Origin: Flavobacterium sp.
Lineage (GTDB): Bacteria > Bacteroidota > Bacteroidia > Flavobacteriales > Flavobacteriaceae
Assembly: GCA_965662615.1 (NCBI GenBank)
Contig: CBFIIG010000001.1
Location: 1 to 47,971, forward strand
Direction: 5' to 3'
Length of the DNA stretch: 47,971 nt
The position numbers and the translations under genes were made by a program. Below, piece by piece: positions 1 through 9,871 of the stretch. The notes beneath the pieces were generated by a model, which saw nothing but the letters and a program-made list of their open reading frames with translations, was not told where the DNA came from and searched no databases. Numbering within the stretch: position 1 is the first letter of the stretch; the number at the start of each line of letters is the position of its first letter.

Positions 1-47
1 TTAATGTCTGCAGCATACTTTGCAATTAATTCATCTCTTTTACTCAT
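1..47 (-). CDS. Partial (N-terminus only) small protein, probably DUF2853 family
   Basis: Manual translation from ATG at 47 gives MSKRDELIAKYAADI..., which runs off the window edge. It resembles the Flavobacteriaceae DUF2853 N-terminus (from memory). Confidence 0.55.
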   Translation of the reverse strand, partial: MSKRDELIAKYAADI

Positions 48-139
48 AATTTTTATAATTTATAGGGTTTGAAATATTTATTTAAACCAAAACTACAAAT
101 AAAAATACTAAACCAATAAACAGCTACATTTTTTATCGA

Positions 140-1795
140 TTAAGTGATTTCCTTAAAGAAATTTAGTAATATTTTGCTACTTAAAGTTGTTGGCGTAATA
201 ATTTCTAATAACGAAGGTGATTCATCAAAATTGATAAAATGCTGCAGTTTACTGTTCAACTCTTGTTCATTTACAACACTATCGTAATTTATATTATACA
301 TTTTACAAAGATGTGCTGCTTCTAAACTATGTTGTGTTTCGAAAAAAGTAGAAAAAGTATCGTTTTCTTTATGACCTGGTAATATTCTAAAAATACCGCC
401 ACCTTTATTATTTACCAATATAATTTTAAAGTTATTTGGAATGTAATTATTCCACAAACCATTGCTATCGTAAAAAAAACTAATATCACCAGTAACTAAT
501 ATAGTTGGTTTTTTAGATGCAACTGCTGAACCAATGGCTGTACTTGTACTGCCATCTATACCACTAGTTCCTCTGTTGCAAAAAACAGAAACCGTATAAG
601 GCAAATCAACTAATTGAAAATAACGTATAGCTGCACTATTACTGCTTTGTAAGTGAGAATTAGCAGGTAAACATTTTGCAATGGCATTGTAAACCATAAA
701 ATCGGAATACGGAATTGTAACTAAATACTCTTCTCTTTTAACCTTTAATTCATCGTATCGTTTATTTATTTCTAAAGCGTAATTAGAAACAATGTGAGAA
801 GTACTAGCATACATTTTATTAAAAAATGTATTGGGTTGTTCTTTTATATGATGCGTTAAAACACCAAAAGTATCGTAAGCTCTAAGTGTATCTATATGCC
901 AATGTTCGGTAGGTTTAAAATCTCTGAAATATTTTTTTACACGTTTAGAAACCAACATTCCACCAATAGAAATTAATAAATCGGGTTTAAAATTAACCTT
1001 CTCATTTTCTGTTAAAGGCGTTATAAATGTATCTAAAGCATCTATAAAAGTAGCATGCGGCGTATTTGAATTCTTTTCTACCCATACACTAACTGTTGGG
1101 TCGTTTCCTAAACTTTCAATAGTTTCTTGAGACAACTGATTGGGCATTTGAGCGCCAATTAAAACTACTTTTTTTAGCGTTGAATTCCATTTTTTAGAAA
1201 AATCAATAACATCAATTTCAGATGACATATTTACAGATTCATTCAAAATAAAAGGTGAATAACTTGGCTCTAAAAGAGTTTCGTATAAAGGCTCTTCAAA
1301 AGGTATGTTTATATGAGCTGGACCTTTTAAACTTATAGTACTGTGTAGTGCTTTCTGAATTAAAATATCGTTTTCTTTAGATGCAGTTTCGTTTAAATTG
1401 GTATTAAAAACGGTGTGTTTTTCTAATACATTTGCTTGTCGAATGGTTTGCCCGTCGCCAATATCTATTTTATCTAATGGTCTATCTGCGCTTAAAACAA
1501 CTAATGAAATTTGACTATAAAACGCTTCCGCAACAGCGGGATAATAGTTTAAAACGGCCGAACCCGATGTACAAACCAAAGCTGTAGGCTCATTTAATTG
1601 CTGTGCAATTCCTAAAGCAAAAAAGGCAGCACAACGTTCGTCAACAATACTGTAACAACTAAAATAGGGATTTTGAGAAAAGCCAATGGTTAAAGGAGCA
1701 TTTCTAGAACCTGGAGATATAATTATATGTTTAATTCCGTTTTGTTTGCACAATTCTATTACACTTTGTGCTAAAGGAATTTTAGGATATACCAT
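140..1795 (-). CDS. menD: 2-succinyl-5-enolpyruvyl-6-hydroxy-3-cyclohexene-1-carboxylate synthase (menaquinone biosynthesis)
   Basis: Motifs ISPGSRNAPL, DERCAAFFALG, CTSGSA, NRGTSGIDG and the ThDP-binding GDISFFYDSNG; 551 aa. Confidence 0.96.
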   Translation of the reverse strand: MVYPKIPLAQSVIELCKQNGIKHIIISPGSRNAPLTIGFSQNPYFSCYSIVDERCAAFFALGIAQQLNEPTALVCTSGSAVLNYYPAVAEAFYSQISLVVLSADRPLDKIDIGDGQTIRQANVLEKHTVFNTNLNETASKENDILIQKALHSTISLKGPAHINIPFEEPLYETLLEPSYSPFILNESVNMSSEIDVIDFSKKWNSTLKKVVLIGAQMPNQLSQETIESLGNDPTVSVWVEKNSNTPHATFIDALDTFITPLTENEKVNFKPDLLISIGGMLVSKRVKKYFRDFKPTEHWHIDTLRAYDTFGVLTHHIKEQPNTFFNKMYASTSHIVSNYALEINKRYDELKVKREEYLVTIPYSDFMVYNAIAKCLPANSHLQSSNSAAIRYFQLVDLPYTVSVFCNRGTSGIDGSTSTAIGSAVASKKPTILVTGDISFFYDSNGLWNNYIPNNFKIILVNNKGGGIFRILPGHKENDTFSTFFETQHSLEAAHLCKMYNINYDSVVNEQELNSKLQHFINFDESPSLLEIITPTTLSSKILLNFFKEIT

Positions 1796-1812
1796 TATTT
1801 TAATTATTTATA

Positions 1813-1820
1813 CAAAGATA
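1813..1820 (-). promoter_or_regulatory. Bacteroidota -7 promoter box for menD
   Basis: TATCTTTG on minus strand, 17 nt upstream of the ATG. Confidence 0.65.
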
Positions 1821-1862
1821 CAAACTCGTAGGCTTTTATTAAGATTTGATTGCTTTTTTTTC

Positions 1863-1870
1863 TACTTTTG
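1863..1870 (+). promoter_or_regulatory. Bacteroidota -7 promoter box for the GNAT gene
   Basis: TACTTTTG matches TAnnTTTG. Confidence 0.65.
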
Positions 1871-1886
1871 AACAGAGAAAACAACT

Positions 1887-2378
1887 ATGGAAATTAGAAA
1901 CGCAACCGAGGCAGACCAATCTGCTATTTTAGAAATTATAAATTATCATATTGAACATACAACTGCTATTTTCGACTATGACAAAAGAAATATTGACACT
2001 CAAATCACTATTTTTAAAACAAAAGTAGAAAAAGGTTTTCCTACTTTGGTTGCTACATTTAATAACGAAGTAATAGGCTTTGCAAGCTATGATGTTTTTA
2101 GAAACAAAGCCGGTTTTAACCCTACTTTAGAACAATCTATTTACATTAAACCCGAATTTACAGGAAAAGGAATTGGAAAAAAATTGCTTTTAGAACTAAT
2201 AGAAAACGCTAAAAAAAATAATGTAAAAAACCTTATTGCAGTTATAGATGGAGAAAATACCAGCAGTATCCAATTTCACAAAAAAGCAGGTTACACCATT
2301 ATAGGAACAATGCCGCAATCTGCTTTTAAATTTAATAAATGGCTCGATACCGTTTTTTTACAACTGCAAATCAATTAA
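1887..2378 (+). CDS. GNAT N-acetyltransferase, phosphinothricin/methionine-sulfoximine acetyltransferase-like
   Basis: IINYHIEHTTAIFD, acetyl-CoA motif GKGIGKKLL, N..SIQFH, KFNKWLD. Confidence 0.88.
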   Translation: MEIRNATEADQSAILEIINYHIEHTTAIFDYDKRNIDTQITIFKTKVEKGFPTLVATFNNEVIGFASYDVFRNKAGFNPTLEQSIYIKPEFTGKGIGKKLLLELIENAKKNNVKNLIAVIDGENTSSIQFHKKAGYTIIGTMPQSAFKFNKWLDTVFLQLQIN

Positions 2379-2971
2379 GATTTTATCCAACTTACAATTT
2401 CATCTTCTGTTGGTAAAACTCTAGGCGAAAGAACTTTTTCTAGATAACCTTCTTCGCCAATTAAGTATTTCTGAAAGTTCCATTCCACTTCACTGTCTTG
2501 TAAACCGTTTGCACTTTTATTAGTTAAAAATGTATAAAGCGGATGCATGTCTTCTCCTTTAACTGAAATTTTAGACATCATTGGAAAAGTGACACCATAG
2601 TTTTTTTGACAAAAAGCAGCAATTTCACTTTCTGTTCCTGGTTCTTGAGCACCAAAATTATTTGCAGGAAAACCAACAATTACAAAATTATTGTTCTTGT
2701 TTTCGTCATACACCTGTTGTAATTGCTCATATTGTGGTGTTAAACCACATTTTGAAGCGGTATTTACTATTAAAATCTTTTTGCCTTTTAGGTTTTCAAA
2801 ATCAAAGGTTTGTCCGTTAATATCTTCAACTTTAAACGAATAAATTGTGCTTTTTGTAGTCATAGTATTAGATGTAAATTCTGTGTTTTGAGCGGTTTCT
2901 AGAACTTCTTTTTTCTCGTTTTTACAAGAAAAAAGCGTTATTGTTAGAGCTAAAATTAGTGCTTTTTTCAT
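2375..2971 (-). CDS. Glutathione peroxidase family lipoprotein
   Basis: NTASKCGLTPQY, GFPANNF and WNFQK motifs; N-terminal lipobox LFSC. Confidence 0.93.
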   Translation of the reverse strand: MKKALILALTITLFSCKNEKKEVLETAQNTEFTSNTMTTKSTIYSFKVEDINGQTFDFENLKGKKILIVNTASKCGLTPQYEQLQQVYDENKNNNFVIVGFPANNFGAQEPGTESEIAAFCQKNYGVTFPMMSKISVKGEDMHPLYTFLTNKSANGLQDSEVEWNFQKYLIGEEGYLEKVLSPRVLPTEDEIVSWIKS

Positions 2972-2983
2972 ATTATTTTATTT

Positions 2984-2991
2984 CAAAATTA
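2984..2991 (-). promoter_or_regulatory. -7 promoter box for the peroxidase gene
   Basis: TAATTTTG on minus strand. Confidence 0.55.
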
Positions 2992-3062
2992 AGGTTTATA
3001 TGTGGTATTTAAAGCTAAACAACTATTAAAATTAAGTTGTTTTTATATCTTTACATAAAAAA

Positions 3063-3428
3063 ATGTTTTTTATACGTACCCTTATTTCTTTTATAAAAGA
3101 CGAAGAATACCGCGATTTATTAATAACAACTCTTTTAATAATTGGAGCTGGCACTCTTATTTATCATTATTTAGAGGGTTGGAGCTATGTTGATTCTTTT
3201 TATTTTTCGGTGGTTACTTTAACAACAATAGGTTTTGGCGATTTTACTCCACAAACCGATTCTGGAAAACTATTTACGGTTTTATATATAGTTGTTGGAA
3301 TTGGTATGATTTTAAGTTTTATAAATACCGTACAGCACCATTACGTTCATATGCGTCACCAAGAGAAAAAAGAAATTCTTAAAAAACTTGGCAAAACTAG
3401 AAGTCGTTTTAAATCTAAAAAAGACTAA
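3063..3428 (+). CDS. Two-TM potassium channel family protein (Ion_trans_2)
   Basis: Pore helix and filter YFSVVTLTTIGFGDFTP between two hydrophobic helices; 121 aa. Confidence 0.9.
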   Translation: MFFIRTLISFIKDEEYRDLLITTLLIIGAGTLIYHYLEGWSYVDSFYFSVVTLTTIGFGDFTPQTDSGKLFTVLYIVVGIGMILSFINTVQHHYVHMRHQEKKEILKKLGKTRSRFKSKKD

Positions 3429-6400
3429 CGCTTTAGGTGTTTATTGTATTTTATAAAACTAAAAGTACCTAATACCGCCAAACAAGCAACCGATATATAA
3501 ACAAATGTTGGCGTAACCACTTTGTCTCCACTGGCATAAGAATGTAAACCTGTAAGGTAAAAGTTAACTCCAAAATAGGTCATCATAATAGAATAAAAGG
3601 CAACAACACTCATTAAGTTATAAAACCATTTACTGCGTAAACCAGGAACAAAACGCATGTGAATTACAAAAGCATATACCATTATACTAATTAATGCCCA
3701 CGTTTCTTTTGGATCCCAACCCCAATAACGGCCCCAACTCTCGTTTGCCCATTGACCACCTAAAAAGTTACCAATAGTTAACATTACTAAACCAACGGTA
3801 AGTGCTAATTCGTTTATTATAGACAATTCTTCTATAGAAAGGCGCATGCGTTCTTTGTTTTTTTCTGTGGTAAAAAGCATTAAAAACAAGGTTACTAAAC
3901 CAATTATCATTGCTAATGCAAACGGTCCATAACTTGCCACAATTACAGCAACGTGTATCATTAACCAATAGGAGTTTAGAACAGGTTGTAAGTTTGCAAT
4001 TGCAGGATCCATCCAGTTCCAGTGGGCAATCATTAAAATCATAGAGGCAACAAATGCAGTAGATGCAACGGTAAGTTTAGACTGTCGTCCAAATGCCAAA
4101 CCAAAGAACATAGTTGCCCAAGCCACATAAATCATACTTTCGTAGGCATCACTCCAAGGTGCGTGACCCGAAATATACCAACGAGCAATTAAACCAATAG
4201 TATGTAAAACAAACAAGAAAATAATTAGACCATGAAATACATTAACTGTTATTTTTATACCTCTAGATTTTGTAAACAATTGAACAATTGCAAACAAAAG
4301 CATTAAAACACCAGCTGTCATATACAAATAATACAGATTTTTAAAAATATCGTATTTGTTATAGGTTATTTCGGCTTGTACTTTTTCATCTGAAGGCATA
4401 ACAGCACCACCAAACTGGTGTTGGTATTTGCTTAAACCTGTTAGCAAACTATTAGCCAAAGCATAATCGTTAGAAACAGCTGCCTTGCTTAACGCGTCTA
4501 AATAAAACGGAATTACATTTTTAATACTGTCTAAAGCTGTTCCTTTTGGAGCTTCACCCATTTCTAAATACGAAACCCATTTGTTATTTGCATCGTTTGG
4601 AATTGGATATACTTTTAAAATTGGGCCGCTTACAGCCGAGTATAATAAATTTACTTTTTTGTCTGTTTCTATAAAATCTTTTTGAAACTTATTTGGAATA
4701 GCAGCATGAGCCGCATCGTCTAATAATTGACTGAGTTTATAATTTCCTTTCGCATCGAAAAAATCAATTAAACGAGCGTATTTTTCACTTGTATCAATAC
4801 CAATGGTTTTTCTAATACTGTCGTTTCCTCTTGGCAAATAAATTACAGGTACATTATACCAATACCTCGGAAACTGCGTCATAGAGAGAAAAGCCTGATC
4901 GGCATTAAAATCTTCGTACGTATCGCTTTTAGAAACTTTTCTAAGCAATTCTGACGAAAAAGTATTAATAGGTTTCATTCTACCGCCATCGTCTTGAATA
5001 ATTAATTTTCCGAACTCTGCAGCATGTGAAGCATCTACTTTATACTTATTTAAAATTTCTTTTAGTTTAATATCATCAGACGCTGTATGATCATGATCGT
5101 CTTGAGCTTGAGCGGTTACAAAACCAAAAATTAAAAACAGACTTAAGGCTTCTTTTTTAAGTTTTACTTTATCCAAACGCTTTTTCAAATCGCTGAAACG
5201 GGTGTTTTTATCAAACAAAATTGCCATCATAGCTAAGTATAACAAAAAGTAACCAATGTAGGTAATCCAAGTTCCCCAAAAATCGTGGTTTACAGAAAGT
5301 ATAGTTCCTTTTTCATCTGGGTCAAAACCCGATTGAAAAAAACGAAAACCGCCATAATCTAATATATGATTCATATACACGCTGTCTTTAAAACTTTTAT
5401 TTTGTGATTTATCAATAAGTTCTAATTTACTTTTAAAAGCTGCATATCTTTTTTCGGTTCCTGGGTATTTATCTGCAATAAAATCGTCTAGTTTTAGAGC
5501 AAAAGGCAATTCGTATAATTTACTTCCAAAAAACAAAGTGTAATCTAAATCGCCAATAGTTACCGATTGCGGAATACCTTGTTTACCTGCCGAACCAACT
5601 AAAGTAAGTTCTTTAGTTTCTCCATTTGCAGTAAGATTTACAACTAAAACATCATCTGTTTTTTTATCTTTAAAATCGTTATTAGACACGTATGTTTTCT
5701 TTCCTTTTTTAGCAAATTCAGGAAAAACAAAACTAGTATTAGCCATATTATATAAAGAACGAAGGTTTAAAACCTGCAAACTATCTGCAGCAACTTTGCC
5801 TTTTGCTTGGTCTGCCATTCGCATGTAATCGCCTTCAAAAGGCGCTTTTATAAAATACTCGTTGTCTTTTTTTATGATGTTTATTGCGCCTTCTGTTTCT
5901 TTATTAAAGGCATATAATATATTATGAATATTTTGTACTTCACCCTCTTTTAAATAATGCTCATGACGCGTTCCATCACCAGATTCTACCATTTTTAAAT
6001 AATAAACCCCCGATTCGTCTTCGGTAATGGTTTCCACCGCATTCATAATAAAGTCTTTGTAAGTAACCTCAAAAGTAGTTTCGTTAAAAAAACCATCTAA
6101 AGTAAATTTGTTAGATGTAACGGGAGATAAGTACAATCCTTTTTCGAAAGTTCTTCGTCTAGGTTCTCCTTGGTAATTGCCATCTACTAAAGCGGTAACA
6201 TAAGCTTTGTCTGAATAAATAGTTGTTGCCGTTTCGCCTTCTCTAATAGGCATAACTCCTTCGTAACTTAAATAGCGTGTTACACCCGCACCAACAATAA
6301 TAAGTATAAAAGAAAGGTGCAAAAGTAAAGTTGCCCATTTTTCTTTGCGCAATAAACGATATTTGGATATGTTACCCACAAAATTAAATACAAAAAGCAC

Positions 6401-6568
6401 CATAATTAGCTCAAACCACCAAGCATTGTAAACCCAAATACGAGCAGTATCTGTATTGTATTCACTTTCGACAAAAGTACCTGCAGCCATAGAAACTGCA
6501 AAGGATACAAAAAGCAAGGCCATTAAACGTGATGAAGATAAAAAACTGAATATTTTAGATAAAATCAT
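3425..6568 (-). CDS. ccsA: Fused system II cytochrome c synthase (CcsB/ResB + CcsA)
   Basis: WWD motif WANESWGRYWGWDPKETW, WLMIHV, GLHSY; N-terminal ResB-like region; 1047 aa. Confidence 0.92.
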   Translation of the reverse strand: MILSKIFSFLSSSRLMALLFVSFAVSMAAGTFVESEYNTDTARIWVYNAWWFELIMVLFVFNFVGNISKYRLLRKEKWATLLLHLSFILIIVGAGVTRYLSYEGVMPIREGETATTIYSDKAYVTALVDGNYQGEPRRRTFEKGLYLSPVTSNKFTLDGFFNETTFEVTYKDFIMNAVETITEDESGVYYLKMVESGDGTRHEHYLKEGEVQNIHNILYAFNKETEGAINIIKKDNEYFIKAPFEGDYMRMADQAKGKVAADSLQVLNLRSLYNMANTSFVFPEFAKKGKKTYVSNNDFKDKKTDDVLVVNLTANGETKELTLVGSAGKQGIPQSVTIGDLDYTLFFGSKLYELPFALKLDDFIADKYPGTEKRYAAFKSKLELIDKSQNKSFKDSVYMNHILDYGGFRFFQSGFDPDEKGTILSVNHDFWGTWITYIGYFLLYLAMMAILFDKNTRFSDLKKRLDKVKLKKEALSLFLIFGFVTAQAQDDHDHTASDDIKLKEILNKYKVDASHAAEFGKLIIQDDGGRMKPINTFSSELLRKVSKSDTYEDFNADQAFLSMTQFPRYWYNVPVIYLPRGNDSIRKTIGIDTSEKYARLIDFFDAKGNYKLSQLLDDAAHAAIPNKFQKDFIETDKKVNLLYSAVSGPILKVYPIPNDANNKWVSYLEMGEAPKGTALDSIKNVIPFYLDALSKAAVSNDYALANSLLTGLSKYQHQFGGAVMPSDEKVQAEITYNKYDIFKNLYYLYMTAGVLMLLFAIVQLFTKSRGIKITVNVFHGLIIFLFVLHTIGLIARWYISGHAPWSDAYESMIYVAWATMFFGLAFGRQSKLTVASTAFVASMILMIAHWNWMDPAIANLQPVLNSYWLMIHVAVIVASYGPFALAMIIGLVTLFLMLFTTEKNKERMRLSIEELSIINELALTVGLVMLTIGNFLGGQWANESWGRYWGWDPKETWALISIMVYAFVIHMRFVPGLRSKWFYNLMSVVAFYSIMMTYFGVNFYLTGLHSYASGDKVVTPTFVYISVACLAVLGTFSFIKYNKHLKR

Positions 6569-6587
6569 GGTTCTAATTTTAGAAACA

Positions 6588-6595
6588 CAAAGTTA
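6588..6595 (-). promoter_or_regulatory. -7 promoter box for ccsBA
   Basis: TAACTTTG on minus strand. Confidence 0.65.
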
Positions 6596-6659
6596 CTTAA
6601 AAAATAAATTTTAGACGCCCCAAACAAAAAGGAATTAGCTTTTTTTTATGATTTGTAAA

Positions 6660-7388
6660 TTAGTAAAGCATTTGCACTTCTTTAAAAGCAAATTCTATTG
6701 TTTTTTCATCTTCTAATTCCACTTCTAACATACCTAATTGAGAAACGCCTTTTATAATACCCATAAAAGTACCTCGCTCGTCATTTTTAAATGCCATTGG
6801 TGTATTAATTTTAAAAAGGAAAGAATGGTATTTTTGCCAAAAAGTAGTTTTAGATTGTAAAAACAAAGGCAACTGGTTTTCTAATTCACTTAATAAACCT
6901 GTAAGCAGTTGTTCTTTGTCTATATTTTGTTTTAACAAAAGGGATAATGAACTTGCAGCAGGTAAGTTTTCGAACTGTATTTGATTAACATTTAAACCTA
7001 TACCTATTATACTATCACGTTTATCTCCTACTTTTAAAGTGTTTTCTATTAATATGCCAGCTATTTTTTTGTTTTCTGCCAAAATGTCGTTTGGCCATTT
7101 ACAATGAAATTTCAAATTAAAAAAACGTTTTAAAACCGAAATAACACAAACGGAAACGTACACATTTAAGTCGAAAATTGTTTTAAAATAAAGATGCGAA
7201 TCTTTAACTAAAACACTAAAGGTTAAGTTCTTACCTTCTTCCACAACCCACTTATTACCACGTTGCCCTACTCCATCGGTTTGCGATTCTGCAACTACAA
7301 CCGTAAAGTCTTGAGTGTTAGAATCCGTAGCCAAATTTTTTAAAAACAAATTGGTTGAGGGTATGGCACTAAGTTTGATTATTTTCAT
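6660..7388 (-). CDS. birA: Biotin--[acetyl-CoA-carboxylase] ligase (no HTH domain)
   Basis: STN, QTDGVGQRGNKW, KWPND, KIAGILIE, GIGLNVNQ. Confidence 0.95.
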   Translation of the reverse strand: MKIIKLSAIPSTNLFLKNLATDSNTQDFTVVVAESQTDGVGQRGNKWVVEEGKNLTFSVLVKDSHLYFKTIFDLNVYVSVCVISVLKRFFNLKFHCKWPNDILAENKKIAGILIENTLKVGDKRDSIIGIGLNVNQIQFENLPAASSLSLLLKQNIDKEQLLTGLLSELENQLPLFLQSKTTFWQKYHSFLFKINTPMAFKNDERGTFMGIIKGVSQLGMLEVELEDEKTIEFAFKEVQMLY

Positions 7389-7392
7389 AAAA

Positions 7393-7400
7393 CAAAAGTA
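7393..7400 (-). promoter_or_regulatory. -7 promoter box for birA (4 nt from the ATG)
   Basis: TACTTTTG on minus strand. Confidence 0.6.
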
Positions 7401-7447
7401 AAAATTTTAATGTTGTGTTAAGATTAAAATTTGAAAGCAAAATTTGG

Positions 7448-7455
7448 TAACTTTG
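7448..7455 (+). promoter_or_regulatory. -7 promoter box for rsfS-ftsH
   Basis: TAACTTTG. Confidence 0.7.
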
Positions 7456-7474
7456 CACAAACATAAAAAATTAA

Positions 7475-7843
7475 ATGGGAAAAATTAAAGTAAGCAACGA
7501 TGATTTGGTTGCACACATTATAAAAGGAATAGAAGAAGTTAAAGGTTCAAACATAAACATATTAGATCTACGAGAATTAGATAATACAGCTACTGATTAT
7601 TTTATAGTTTGCGACGGAAACTCAAACACGCAAGTAAACGCAATAGCTAATTCGGTACAAAAATTAGTTTCAAAAGAAATTCACGAAAAGCCTTGGCACA
7701 TTGAAGGTCAAGAAAATGCAGAATGGGTACTTATGGACTTTGTAAATGTAGTTGTTCACATTTTTCAAAAACCAATTCGTGAGCATTACAACATAGAAGA
7801 ACTATGGGGAGATGCAAAAATAACTACATTAGCAAGTAAATAA
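7475..7843 (+). CDS. rsfS: Ribosome silencing factor
   Basis: DYFIVCDG, WVLMDFVNVVVHIF, REHYNIEELWGD. Confidence 0.95.
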   Translation: MGKIKVSNDDLVAHIIKGIEEVKGSNINILDLRELDNTATDYFIVCDGNSNTQVNAIANSVQKLVSKEIHEKPWHIEGQENAEWVLMDFVNVVVHIFQKPIREHYNIEELWGDAKITTLASK

Positions 7844-7850
7844 AAAATAC

Positions 7851-9779
7851 ATGTCAGAAGAAAAAAAACCTAAATTAATCAAACCTAAATTCAGTCCTTG
7901 GTTAATATACGCCATAGTAATTGGTGGATTAATAGCAATAAGTCTTTTTAATAACGACCTTTCTAAAGGAACTAGAGAAAACATTTCTATTTCTAAGTTT
8001 TACGGAATGTTAGACAATGGAGATATTGCAAAAGTGACTAAAAGTGGAGCTAAAGCAATTATTTACCTTAAAAAAGAGGCTGTTTCTAAAGCCGAACACA
8101 AAAAAGTAGCACTAGACGTTTTTAATAAAAAAAACGAATTAGGCCCACATTATATTACAGAAGTTGGTTTAAAAAATGACGTTTACGAAGAACGCTTAAA
8201 CCAAGCTCTGGCTGACAAAAAAATAGATTCATTTGAAAATGAACCTGAAAGTATTTGGGGTGACTTACTATCAATGCTTATCCCGTTTATTTTAATTGCT
8301 GCCCTTTGGATTTTTATGATGAGACGCATGTCTGGCGGAGGAGGTGGCGGAGGAGGTCAGATTTTCAATATTGGAAAATCGAAAGCTCGTTTATTCGATG
8401 AAAAAAATAATGTAAAAATTACTTTTGAAAATGTAGCCGGATTAGAAGGTGCAAAAGAAGAAATAGAAGAAATAGTTGAGTTTCTTAAAAACCCAACAAA
8501 ATACACAGATATTGGTGGTAAAATACCAAGAGGTGCCTTATTAGTTGGACCTCCAGGAACAGGTAAAACTCTTTTAGCTAAAGCTGTTGCCGGCGAAGCA
8601 AAAGTACCTTTCTTCTCTTTATCTGGATCAGATTTTGTTGAAATGTTTGTAGGTGTTGGTGCATCAAGAGTACGTGACTTATTTAAACAAGCAAAAGAAA
8701 AATCGCCTGCAATTATTTTTATTGACGAAATAGATGCAGTTGGTAGAGCAAGAGGCAAAAACAGCATGACAGGTGGTAATGACGAGAGAGAAAATACATT
8801 AAACCAATTACTAACCGAAATGGATGGTTTTGGGTCTAATGCCAATGTAATTGTACTTGCTGCAACAAACCGTGCTGATGTTTTAGACAAAGCATTAATG
8901 CGTCCGGGACGTTTTGACAGACAAATTTTTGTCGATTTACCAGATGTTAAGGAGCGTGAACAAATATTTGCGGTACACTTAAAGCCATTAAAAAAATCGG
9001 AAGAATTAGATGTTGACTTTTTAGCCAAACAAACACCTGGTTTTTCGGGAGCTGATATAGCAAACGTATGTAACGAAGCTGCACTTATTGCTGCACGTAA
9101 AAACAAAAAATCGGTCGATAAGCAAGACTTTTTAGACGCTGTAGATAGAATTATTGGTGGTTTAGAAAAGAAAAACAAAATCATTACTCCAGAAGAAAAA
9201 AGAGCCATAGCCATTCACGAAGCGGGACATGCAACAGTAAGTTGGATGCTAGAACACGCTGCACCATTAATTAAAGTTACAATTGTACCTAGAGGACAAA
9301 GTTTAGGAGCTGCTTGGTATTTACCAGAAGAGCGCCAAATTGTTCGTCCTGAGCAAATGCTAGACGAAATGTGTGCTACCATGGGTGGTAGAGCTGCAGA
9401 AAAAGTGATATTTAATAAAATTTCAACTGGAGCATTAAGCGATTTAGAAAAAGTGACTAAACAAGCGAGAGCAATGGTTACTATTTACGGATTGAATGAA
9501 AAAATAGGTAATATTACGTATTACGATTCTTCTGGTCAAAGTGATTATAATTTCTCTAAGCCTTATTCTGAAGAAACTGCAAAGGTTATTGATACTGAAA
9601 TTTCTGCAATCATTGAAAAAGAATACCAAAGAGCTATTAACTTATTGAATGATAACAAAGATAAATTAGAACAATTAGCAGATATACTTATTGAAAAAGA
9701 AGTTATATTTAAAGATGATTTACAAAACATTTTTGGAAAAAGACCTTTTGAAAAAGAAGAAGTAATAGAAACCTTATAA
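7851..9779 (+). CDS. ftsH: ATP-dependent zinc metalloprotease FtsH
   Basis: Two TM helices, Walker A GPPGTGKT, Walker B IIFIDE, SRH, HEAGH zinc motif. Confidence 0.98.
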   Translation: MSEEKKPKLIKPKFSPWLIYAIVIGGLIAISLFNNDLSKGTRENISISKFYGMLDNGDIAKVTKSGAKAIIYLKKEAVSKAEHKKVALDVFNKKNELGPHYITEVGLKNDVYEERLNQALADKKIDSFENEPESIWGDLLSMLIPFILIAALWIFMMRRMSGGGGGGGGQIFNIGKSKARLFDEKNNVKITFENVAGLEGAKEEIEEIVEFLKNPTKYTDIGGKIPRGALLVGPPGTGKTLLAKAVAGEAKVPFFSLSGSDFVEMFVGVGASRVRDLFKQAKEKSPAIIFIDEIDAVGRARGKNSMTGGNDERENTLNQLLTEMDGFGSNANVIVLAATNRADVLDKALMRPGRFDRQIFVDLPDVKEREQIFAVHLKPLKKSEELDVDFLAKQTPGFSGADIANVCNEAALIAARKNKKSVDKQDFLDAVDRIIGGLEKKNKIITPEEKRAIAIHEAGHATVSWMLEHAAPLIKVTIVPRGQSLGAAWYLPEERQIVRPEQMLDEMCATMGGRAAEKVIFNKISTGALSDLEKVTKQARAMVTIYGLNEKIGNITYYDSSGQSDYNFSKPYSEETAKVIDTEISAIIEKEYQRAINLLNDNKDKLEQLADILIEKEVIFKDDLQNIFGKRPFEKEEVIETL

Positions 9780-9801
9780 AGCTTAACTTCGATTTAAAAA
9801 T

Positions 9802-9839
9802 AAAAACTCAGACTATTTTTTTAGCTTGAGTTTTTTTTT
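9802..9839 (+). terminator. Probable intrinsic terminator after ftsH
   Basis: aaaactcagacta...tagcttgagttttttttt: imperfect stem followed by a long T tract. Confidence 0.5.
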
Positions 9840-9846
9840 ATCTTTG
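9839..9846 (+). promoter_or_regulatory. -7 promoter box for the LUD-cdsA-psd operon
   Basis: TATCTTTG. Confidence 0.65.
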
Positions 9847-9871
9847 AGCTAAATTAATGCTTTAGCAGTGT

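Noticed and set aside
8333-8357. GGN repeat in ftsH as a possible contingency repeat
   Set aside because: Mixed Gly codons encoding the usual Gly-rich FtsH linker; not a perfect microsatellite
8357-9214. 285-aa minus-strand ORF
   Set aside because: Lies wholly antisense to the conserved FtsH AAA domain; typical shadow ORF with no recognisable motifs
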